Part shown: piece by piece, positions 10,645 through 18,496 of the stretch
How positions within the stretch are numbered: the first letter of the stretch is position 1
Layout: each line of letters starts with the position of its first letter
Source: Leptospiraceae bacterium
GTDB lineage: Bacteria; Spirochaetota; Leptospiria; Leptospirales; Leptonemataceae
Reading direction: 5' to 3'
NCBI GenBank assembly: GCA_040217195.1
Contig: JAVJNR010000001.1
Coordinates: 102,690 to 166,689 of the forward strand
Length of the DNA stretch: 64,000 nt
The notes under the pieces: model-generated
What the model was told of the DNA's origin: nothing
What the model saw: only the letters and a program-made list of their open reading frames with translations
Databases searched by the model: none
Translations under genes and position numbers: made by a program

Positions 10645-10953
10645 ATGCCAGAAAAGATTCACCATGCCGTACCTGCAGGAAAAGAAGAACCTAGAGATTC
10701 TGAGCAGGAAGAGAAAGCCACCGGATGGCTTAGAATCGTCTGGATCGTTGTCGCAGTTCTATCAGGAGCTTACATCCTGTACCCTGAACCTTCCGATCTA
10801 TTTCCCATCATAGGCTGGCTGGACGAGGGATTGGCCGCAGTTTTCCTGACAACGGCCCTGGGAAAGCTTGGAATTCGCATACCCATCCTGGATGCATTCA
10901 TTCGTCGAAAAGGCCGAAAGAGTAGCAAAGCCAGCGCAAAAGATGCGAGCTAA
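10645..10953 (+). CDS. YkvA/DUF1232-like small membrane protein
   Basis: YILYPEPSDLFPIIGWLDE motif after a TM helix. Confidence 0.65.
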   Translation: MPEKIHHAVPAGKEEPRDSEQEEKATGWLRIVWIVVAVLSGAYILYPEPSDLFPIIGWLDEGLAAVFLTTALGKLGIRIPILDAFIRRKGRKSSKASAKDAS

Positions 10954-11073
10954 AATACGTTGTTATTGCGGCTTCGCAGCCTGATACTCAAAGCGTTTTT
11001 GCGTACATCCGCACTGAACTCTAATATTGTTGGGGTTGAGTTTACCCCGCTTATGCAAAACCCTCACCCTGGA

Positions 11074-12363
11074 CTATCTTTGATCCATGGGAATGTAGCT
11101 TCTATGCATCTTCCCTGTGTAGACCTGGCGAGGACGAAAGCTGCGTCTTTCGGTTTCATTTCTCTGTTCCAGCCAATGCGAAAGCCAGCCGGATAATTTT
11201 CCGATTACTCGAATCACGTTATTCATTTCGGACGGTATGCCCAGCAAATGGAATATCAGAGCCGAATAAAAATCCAGATTTGGATACAGCTTCATCTCCT
11301 TGAAAAATGGATGGCCCATTGTATACTCTTCCACTTCCAGTGCCTTACGAATCAAAGGAGACTTCATTGCATCTGGGTGGTTCTTCCTATACTCATGAAA
11401 GATTCTTCGACTGATGGTTGCCCGGGGGTCTTCTGGCCCATAGGCAGAATGGCCCAGGCCGTTTGAGATGATTGGTTGGCCTTTCTTAATGAATCGATCG
11501 AAATACTGGTCCGGGCTTTCGGAATTCTGAATCATTTCCCGAAGAAGTACGATGGGCGGTAAATTCGCATCGGATTCTCGAGCGCCCCAGAGAGTCATGA
11601 TTCCTGCATTGATGCAGGCGAACAGGTTTGCCCGGGTGCTTGCCACAAATCGCATGGTAGTGGTTGCTACATTGTATTCATGGTCACTATAAAGAATCAG
11701 GATCTGATTCAAAACACGATCATCAGCATCGCCTACGGTGTGTGCTTCTGCCGGAACTGCAAACATCATATTCAGAAAATTCTTACAATAGGGCAACTCG
11801 TCTCGCGGATAGATCGTGGGTTGACCAACGGACTTTTTGTAGGCCCAGGCAGCCAGGGTTCGCACTTTGGCCAGGAGTCGGGTACGAACATCGACTCCTT
11901 TTTGAATATTTTCTTCAAAGCTTTGCGGATAGTAGCTGGATAGTGCCGTTACCATCGTTGCTAGAATTGCAAGAGGGTGGGCATTGCCAGGAAAGGAATC
12001 GAAAAAGTTCCGCATGGATTCATGGATCATGGAATGCTTGGACAGGGAACGGGAATATTCGTCCAGCTCAGATTGAGTGGGAAGCTCACCTTTGCTTAAC
12101 AGGTAGGAAGTTTCCACAAAGCTGGAGTGATTCACCAGATCTTCTACATCGATGCCGCGGTAGAGCAGACGACCCGATTTAGAATCGATCCAGGTAATTG
12201 CACTGCGAGCAATCGCTGTATTATGTAAATCCGGGTCGTAGGCCGAAAGCCCGGTCTTTTCCTTGAGTTCGCGGACATCAAAAAACTGGCTTCCATCGGA
12301 AGCGGTCATTAGTGGGAAGCTGAGGCTTCCGCCATCATATTTTATTTCTACCTGATCGGCCAT
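11074..12363 (-). CDS. Citrate synthase family protein (type II-like, divergent active site)
   Basis: SAITWID..GRLLYRG, SFVETSYLL..GELPT, AHPLAIL, DHEYN, GLGH, YPNLDFYS, RPRQVYTG; HGGANE motif absent. Confidence 0.88.
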   Translation of the reverse strand: MADQVEIKYDGGSLSFPLMTASDGSQFFDVRELKEKTGLSAYDPDLHNTAIARSAITWIDSKSGRLLYRGIDVEDLVNHSSFVETSYLLSKGELPTQSELDEYSRSLSKHSMIHESMRNFFDSFPGNAHPLAILATMVTALSSYYPQSFEENIQKGVDVRTRLLAKVRTLAAWAYKKSVGQPTIYPRDELPYCKNFLNMMFAVPAEAHTVGDADDRVLNQILILYSDHEYNVATTTMRFVASTRANLFACINAGIMTLWGARESDANLPPIVLLREMIQNSESPDQYFDRFIKKGQPIISNGLGHSAYGPEDPRATISRRIFHEYRKNHPDAMKSPLIRKALEVEEYTMGHPFFKEMKLYPNLDFYSALIFHLLGIPSEMNNVIRVIGKLSGWLSHWLEQRNETERRSFRPRQVYTGKMHRSYIPMDQR

Positions 12364-12449
12364 GATTCATGAAACCAGTCAGGAAAGCACACAGGCAAAT
12401 CTTTTTTAGAGTGCCCGACCTGCAAAGCCCATCCTGTCCTTTCCAGGTC

Positions 12450-12904
12450 GGGCCAGTGTTGCGGCCCCTGGCCTTGGCAAACTTCCTGTTTGCGGGTGTT
12501 CTGTTTACGGAACACCGGGTCCATGGACCATCCGAGGTACCCCTTTTGAAAATCCTCCTCCATGGGTTATTAAAAGGGTTGGCAGCTTGACGGACCTTCG
12601 GTCCTTGCAAACTTCCTGTTTGCGGGTGTTCTGTTTACAGAACACCGGTTCCATGGACCATTCGAGGTACCCCTTTTAAAATCCTCCTCCATGGGTTTTC
12701 AAAAAGGGTGGCAGCTTGAGGGACCTTCGGTGCTTGCAAACTTCCTGTTTGCGGGTGTTCTGTTTACAGAACACCGGGTCCATTGACCATTCGAGGTACC
12801 CCTTTTAAAAATCCTCCTCCATGGGTATTCAAAAGGGGTGGCAGCTGGACGGACCTTCGGTGCCTGCAAACTTCCTGTTTGCGCGGGTAGGGCCAGTGTT
12901 GCGG
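12450..12904. repeat. 15-bp direct repeat GGGCCAGTGTTGCGG bracketing the array
   Basis: Exact copies at 12450-12464 and 12890-12904. Confidence 0.9.
12477..12882. repeat. Tandem array of a 129-130-bp multi-hairpin unit (3 full copies plus a 17-bp fourth start)
   Basis: GCAAACTTCCTGTTTGC starts at 12477, 12607, 12736 and 12866; the intervening sequence is nearly identical between copies. Confidence 0.97.
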
Positions 12905-13363
12905 GCTTCGGCCGGCGTTTGCTGGTGTTCTGCCGAGGGCAACCTCGGTAACTCCGTCAGAGCTACGCAAGATTCCTTTTTGCTGGTGTCAGACTCTGAA
13001 AAATAGGAGTAAAGGAACCAATCTTCAGGGAGCATTGGAAGGATTTTTCGAATGGGAAAACCGGAGTAGAAAACCGGTAACCGGGCATCCTTTGAAGCGG
13101 AAGGTATATCGGGACCGCTGGAGAGCTAGCGGGCTGGTCCCGAGATTAAGAAAAAAGACATTAGATCTCAGGGATTTGACAGGAGATGCGATGACCGTTC
13201 AAAGCACCGAAACAAAGCAGGAACTGAGGCAAACGCTGCAGGATTTTTACGGAAGGCAGATTCAAAAATAGGCAGATCTGTAGACCAATGCATGCTGCCA
13301 TGTGGATAGCATGCAAAAGTACTCCCGAATAGTGCTCGATGCAGAAAGGTGAAAGTTAACGGA

Positions 13364-15337
13364 TCAGGCGGATTTCTTGAATTTCTGTTTTACCCACATT
13401 ACAAACTCGGATGTAGTCATATTGGCATGAAACTGCACTTCTGGTATTCGCTCTTCGCTGGAAGCGGCGGCCCGGGCCAGGGCTTCAGCCTCCTTATCCT
13501 GCTCTACAAGACTAACTACTCTTAATCCACGATCTTCTCTTTCCAGGTGCTCCTCTGCGGGAAGATGAGCATCCAGTCGAACGTCTATACAGAGAAATTT
13601 TCGATTCAGTATTCGAACCTGAAGGTTACCGTCCAGAATTCGGATAATCTCCTGAATAATGCCCCATTGAATCCAGAGGCCTTCCAGGTCCGGTAGCTTT
13701 CCGGTCAGGATTCGTTGCATTCGGCGCATGGTCTTTCGATCATCGTGCTGTAGCAGAAAGCGAAAATGCAGGTTTTCTTCCAGGTCAGACGTTACAATCA
13801 AATCAATGTGTCGAAAGGTTTGAAATCCAGGAAAATCCACCAGGCGAATAACTGCAGAGTGCACAAGATCAAGGCTACTCTCCAGTTCCAGGTTTGGATG
13901 CACTTTCACAGTGCACGTTACTCCGCTTGTGGGAAGCACAGCGCTTAGAAAGTCCCCAACATTCACCGGCACCCGGGCTTCCGGTTCTTCCATTACTTCC
14001 AGGCGGCTCAGTTCAAGTACATCATCCAGGCTCTTTTCAAGCTCGGTTAGATGGAACTGAACACCAGCAGCTTCCTTCCTGGAAAAACCAACCTTTAACT
14101 TGGTGCGAACCTGCTCCGTGATCTCCAGTACAGGCTGCGAGATCGCCAGATGGATATGATGAAAGATCCTGGTACGAAGTTCATTCACAGATTCCATTTT
14201 CAGGCGACCCAGATCCACATCTCTCTGAAGGCCTACAAGCTGAAGTACAATGATTGCAGCTGGAAGTAGTAGAGCTACCACAGAGAAAAAACCCAGCTGT
14301 ATAGCGCCCGGAACCCAGAACTGTTGGTTAATGATGGATGCCAGACCATGAATCGTAAAAAACAGGAATCCTGTAGCTATCATGAATCCGCCGGTGGATT
14401 GCTTCTCAATGAACTGGCGAAAGGTAATGTATAGTGCGTAGAAAAAAATCGGAATGTTGATTAGCTTCCAGGATAGCTCTACAATTTCTACGATTGCATT
14501 TAATCGTAGAGCGTAAAGCAACGCGGCCACAAAGGCCACTGCAATTACAGACCACCAGTAAGTTCTATAATGGGCCGGGGTTTCCAATTCGAAGTATCTA
14601 ATCACAAATGGATAGAAAAGAGCAGGGATTAAAATTCCTGAAACTGTACCGGTAATTTCCAGAACTCCATGGATGGGCAATACCCAGTGCAAGATCTCAT
14701 TTTCGCACATAAAGTGAAGTGCTAGCACACCATAACCCAATCCGGAAGGCAGGTAGATTCTACCTGCTTCAACGCGAAAATGAAGCAGAATGAAGAAAAT
14801 ACTGGATGAGAAGAATAGAAGTGAGAAAACAAAGTTTGTAATCTGAGATTTCCAGAATACTTCCCTGGCCAGATCGGTATTCTGCACAGATAGAGGCCCC
14901 TGAAGGATACCTGCCGAGATTTTTCTGGAGCTTTCCAACCGAAGCGCAATGAAATTCAATCCTGGTTTTAGAATACTTCCCGGAATTGTCACTACAAGTG
15001 GTCTACCCGGGCTTTCTGGCCCTCCACCAATGCGAATGCCGTTTACGTACACATCCAGTCTGTCGTAGATGGGCCCGGATAAAAAGCTCAGGTTGTACCG
15101 GCCAGGCTCAACGGTCAGTTCTTTGCGAAGCCAGATAATGTTACCGGTTTCTTTGAGGGCAGGGGCAACATTTCCTGGCAGCTTTACTACCGGCCAGGCC
15201 TCATCGTTGGGATCCTCCATTCTGCCTGATGGAATCACTTTCCAGGGCCCCGATAAATCCAGCACCGTTCTGGCCTGCAATGTACCGGTCAGGAGCAATA
15301 ATGCCACTACAAGGAAACCTTTGAGGCGCAGAAGCAT
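13364..15337 (-). CDS. Sugar-binding (GH2-N/jelly-roll-like) plus 7TM receptor with fully degenerate His-kinase-like tail
   Basis: Signal peptide, LDLSGPWK, IWLRKE, VYVNGIRIG, NFIALRL; 7 TMs; LDDVLELSRLE DHp-like helix but no H/N/G boxes. Confidence 0.75.
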   Translation of the reverse strand: MLLRLKGFLVVALLLLTGTLQARTVLDLSGPWKVIPSGRMEDPNDEAWPVVKLPGNVAPALKETGNIIWLRKELTVEPGRYNLSFLSGPIYDRLDVYVNGIRIGGGPESPGRPLVVTIPGSILKPGLNFIALRLESSRKISAGILQGPLSVQNTDLAREVFWKSQITNFVFSLLFFSSSIFFILLHFRVEAGRIYLPSGLGYGVLALHFMCENEILHWVLPIHGVLEITGTVSGILIPALFYPFVIRYFELETPAHYRTYWWSVIAVAFVAALLYALRLNAIVEIVELSWKLINIPIFFYALYITFRQFIEKQSTGGFMIATGFLFFTIHGLASIINQQFWVPGAIQLGFFSVVALLLPAAIIVLQLVGLQRDVDLGRLKMESVNELRTRIFHHIHLAISQPVLEITEQVRTKLKVGFSRKEAAGVQFHLTELEKSLDDVLELSRLEVMEEPEARVPVNVGDFLSAVLPTSGVTCTVKVHPNLELESSLDLVHSAVIRLVDFPGFQTFRHIDLIVTSDLEENLHFRFLLQHDDRKTMRRMQRILTGKLPDLEGLWIQWGIIQEIIRILDGNLQVRILNRKFLCIDVRLDAHLPAEEHLEREDRGLRVVSLVEQDKEAEALARAAASSEERIPEVQFHANMTTSEFVMWVKQKFKKSA

Positions 15338-17307
15338 CAGGCTGCCTCCGCATGAGGTATAAAGATTTCCATGCTGGTATAAAAGCCGGGCCCACTGTCC
15401 AGTCTGAGACTGGCTCCTATACGGGCTGCAATTTCATCCACAATAGTTAATCCAATGCCGCTGCCCGCCACAGAGTGATCATCGGCTCCGCGAACAAATC
15501 GTTCAAAGATCAGTTCCTGCTGGTCCGCTGGTATTCCAGGTCCTTCATCTCGAACATTCAGGGTTATTCCACGATCATCGTTAACCAGTCGGATTTCAAC
15601 ATCACTTTCCGAATAGAGAAGAGCATTTTCCACAAGATGGTAAACCATTGCATGAAACAGTTCCGGATCTCCTCTAAATATAATTTCATCTGCAGAGGAG
15701 TGAACAATTAATCTAGACTGCTTGGCCTGGGTGGCGCGAAGAGCTCTATCTGTTACTAGCTTTATCTGATCCAGCAGGTTGAAGCGAACATTCTTATCGG
15801 GATATTCATCGTTTTCCAGCTGGCTTAATAGTCTACTATCCAGTATTAGATTTTCCAGATTCGTAAGATGGCAATCCAGGTCCCGGCCGGTTTTATTCTG
15901 TGCTCTGGCATTTTTCTTTTTTTCAGAAACAGTTCCAATCAGCTTCTTAATTCCCTCAAACAGATGCTGGAACTCCTGAGAAATATTCAAGATTGTACCG
16001 GTCTTCTTTCTTTCCAGTTGTCTAAGTTCTTTCTCCTGTTCTTTCACCGCTGCATTCAGTTGAATGATTCCGTCGGATAGCTGCAGCGCGATAAATCCCA
16101 GAAATACAGGAAATGCAAAGACCAGGATTCTGGGAGTATTGATCAGACCCAGAGTGGAAAACATGTCATTTAACACAGGAGGAATGAGGCACATGAAACC
16201 TATTCCGATAAAACGTAGCTGGTCTCTATGCGGACCATAGGTCCTCTTGAACATGGAAATACCGTAAATCAGAACTACAGTAACTCCCACCAGGTTGGAA
16301 TAGATGGTTACATCGAACCAGAATACAGAACTGTTTTCGCCCAGGAAGGGAATGGAAATTGTAGGTATAGCGAGACCTGCATAGAAGACTTCCAGAACCT
16401 TCAAAACAAGAGGTCTTTCCCTTTCAATCCAGGAGATAAAGAAATTCAAAAATAAAATGGGCAACATAAACAGGCAGAGCAGTTCCACCTGATAGGAAAA
16501 AACAAAGTCATCAAAGATAACGTAGCGATAGCCAGAGCGAATTAAATGGTAAAAGCCCAGGCTAAGGGTAAACAATCCCAGAAAGAGATTTTCCTTTTTT
16601 CTGGATGTGAAAATTACAAAAGAAAAGAAATACAGAGATATAAATAAAAAGAGAAAGCTAAATCCGGCCGCTACTCTGGAAGAAAGCATATTCTCCGTTA
16701 ACAGTTCCCCCTGATGATCTACCCGGGGATCGTTCAAGATTCCGGCACCACCAGTGCTTCCAAATAATCGGATGGCTACAATGTTCTCTTCCTGCCAGAG
16801 GCCATAGGGAATGGAATAGATTCGTCTGGACTCAACGTCCGGACTGAATGGCTGCACCGAGCCAGTTTTGCCCACCGGCACACCATTGAAATATACCTGG
16901 TCTGCATCCCTGACTCGTCCCAGAAACAATGCAGCATGCTCCGGGGCATCACCGGTTAGGACTATACGACAGCGAAGCCAGATTTCTCCCCGGTATCCTT
17001 TCGCGCTACTGCTATCGAAGGTAAAGGGCAGGGAGATGATCTGCCAGTGAGAATCGTTCAGTGATGGATTCTGTCCTCCGGAAAGAGGACCTTTATAGAC
17101 TTTCCAGTTCCCTTTAAGCTCCAGAGCAGAACGACCATTGTAATACACCGGGCAATCGGCCTGCAGGCTCAAAATCGGGGCTAGAAATAGAATGAATGCA
17201 AGAAGGCCTGCTTTACCCACTCTACCAGTATCGGTTAAGCGAAATCCATAATTGAAACACCGGAACACTTTGTTTCGGGCAATGGCAAGATTTCCGGAGC
17301 CTATCAT
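15337..17307 (-). CDS. Sugar-binding plus 7TM receptor histidine-kinase-like protein (H-box His absent)
   Basis: LKGNWK, IWLRC, DQVYFNGVPVG, ENIVAIRL; 7 TMs; HLVENALLYS, DEGPGIP, IFERF, GSGIGL. Confidence 0.8.
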   Translation of the reverse strand: MIGSGNLAIARNKVFRCFNYGFRLTDTGRVGKAGLLAFILFLAPILSLQADCPVYYNGRSALELKGNWKVYKGPLSGGQNPSLNDSHWQIISLPFTFDSSSAKGYRGEIWLRCRIVLTGDAPEHAALFLGRVRDADQVYFNGVPVGKTGSVQPFSPDVESRRIYSIPYGLWQEENIVAIRLFGSTGGAGILNDPRVDHQGELLTENMLSSRVAAGFSFLFLFISLYFFSFVIFTSRKKENLFLGLFTLSLGFYHLIRSGYRYVIFDDFVFSYQVELLCLFMLPILFLNFFISWIERERPLVLKVLEVFYAGLAIPTISIPFLGENSSVFWFDVTIYSNLVGVTVVLIYGISMFKRTYGPHRDQLRFIGIGFMCLIPPVLNDMFSTLGLINTPRILVFAFPVFLGFIALQLSDGIIQLNAAVKEQEKELRQLERKKTGTILNISQEFQHLFEGIKKLIGTVSEKKKNARAQNKTGRDLDCHLTNLENLILDSRLLSQLENDEYPDKNVRFNLLDQIKLVTDRALRATQAKQSRLIVHSSADEIIFRGDPELFHAMVYHLVENALLYSESDVEIRLVNDDRGITLNVRDEGPGIPADQQELIFERFVRGADDHSVAGSGIGLTIVDEIAARIGASLRLDSGPGFYTSMEIFIPHAEAA

Positions 17308-18443
17308 TTATTCCTCATTCGACCGGTGGGTTTTATATAATCCCCTTTTCTCACCCGGTCCGGACTCTTCAATGATTCCAGCATCTGATCCAGGCTTTTT
17401 TGTCTTTCTGGAAATAAGATTTCTTCACCGTCTCCCTGGAGGATTCCCTGAACGGCACAATTTAGAGAGCCTTCGGTATGGTCACAGTTTCGAAACCTGC
17501 AATTATCCGAAGCCTCCTCCAGTTCAACAAAGGATTCCAGTAGCTCCTTTCTATCCAGATGAGCAACGCCCCATTCTTTTATTCCTGGAGTATCGATTAC
17601 CATTCCTCCATCCGGAAGAACCATCAGTATTGGATTGGTCGTAGTATGTCTTCCTTTCCTGGTGCTTTCGCTTACATCTGACGTTTTCTGAGCTCCATTA
17701 CCAAAGAGTCTGTTAAATAGAGTAGATTTACCTGTACCCGAATGACCGGTGAGCAGTGTGGTTCCCCGAGTTACAACTTCCTGAAGTCTTTCCAGATCAG
17801 GTGAAGATTCATCGGAAATTAGATCCAAAAAGTAGCAGGGGTATCCAAGTCTTCGATAGTTTAATGCAGTGAGAAAATCATAGGATTCTGCGGTAAAAGA
17901 CTCCCGGTCTTCAAGAGGAGGATCAGGCTCTTTTTGCGGGTCCACCAGGTCTCGAAGCAGCTCCAGGCATTCTATACTTCCTGCGAAATCCACGGTTGCT
18001 TCGGAAAGTAAATCGGTCTTTGTAAATGCCAGGTGAGGTTCTACATTTCCGGTTTCGCAGGCACTCAAGAACCGATCAATGAAACCCGGCCGAAGGGAGG
18101 GGTCTTTCAGTGCACACACTGCAATGGCACGGTCTACATTGGCTGCCAGTACATGGGTCTCATGAGGCGAGGAACGGGCCAGAAAACTGTCCCGGGGCAA
18201 TATCTCCTCAATTATGGCTTCTTCGGTTCCATCTTCTTCGGAATAAACGATGCGGTCCCCCACTGCCACTGGATTACGCTGATTATCCTGCTTTTCCAGA
18301 CGCAGCCGGCCCCGAAGAACCGCCCGCAGCTCAGGGCTGTGTCGGGGTTCTGGAAGGATGCTGTAGTAGGCTCCAAAAATACGGCATACTATGGCTTCTT
18401 TTTGTTCAGGTTGCTCCCTGTTCCTTTGGTCTGTATCGGGCAT
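17304..18443 (-). CDS. rsgA: Ribosome small-subunit-dependent GTPase A
   Basis: VAVGD, AANVD, TKTDL, GHSGTGKSTL, GRHTTT, IDTPGI, CRFRNCDH..CAV zinc finger. Confidence 0.93.
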   Translation of the reverse strand: MPDTDQRNREQPEQKEAIVCRIFGAYYSILPEPRHSPELRAVLRGRLRLEKQDNQRNPVAVGDRIVYSEEDGTEEAIIEEILPRDSFLARSSPHETHVLAANVDRAIAVCALKDPSLRPGFIDRFLSACETGNVEPHLAFTKTDLLSEATVDFAGSIECLELLRDLVDPQKEPDPPLEDRESFTAESYDFLTALNYRRLGYPCYFLDLISDESSPDLERLQEVVTRGTTLLTGHSGTGKSTLFNRLFGNGAQKTSDVSESTRKGRHTTTNPILMVLPDGGMVIDTPGIKEWGVAHLDRKELLESFVELEEASDNCRFRNCDHTEGSLNCAVQGILQGDGEEILFPERQKSLDQMLESLKSPDRVRKGDYIKPTGRMRNK

Positions 18444-18496
18444 GCAATGGGAATTGTTCTTGTAATCCCGGCTGAGGTCATCCGAAATTTGGTCTA

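Noticed and set aside
12477..12882. CRISPR array interpretation of the tandem repeat
   Set aside because: The sequence between the palindromic 17-mers is nearly identical in each copy (no unique spacers), the period is 130 bp, and no cas genes are in the window
12335..13271. Short ORFs (61-91 aa) on both strands across the repeat region
   Set aside because: The 130/129/130 periods shift frame between copies, no convincing RBS, and the translations only mirror the DNA repeat; a small peptide cannot be fully excluded
12364..13363. RNase P RNA, tmRNA, SRP or tRNA in the long gap
   Set aside because: I could not find GAGGAAAGTCC, tRNA-like ends or a T-loop GTTCGA context on either strand
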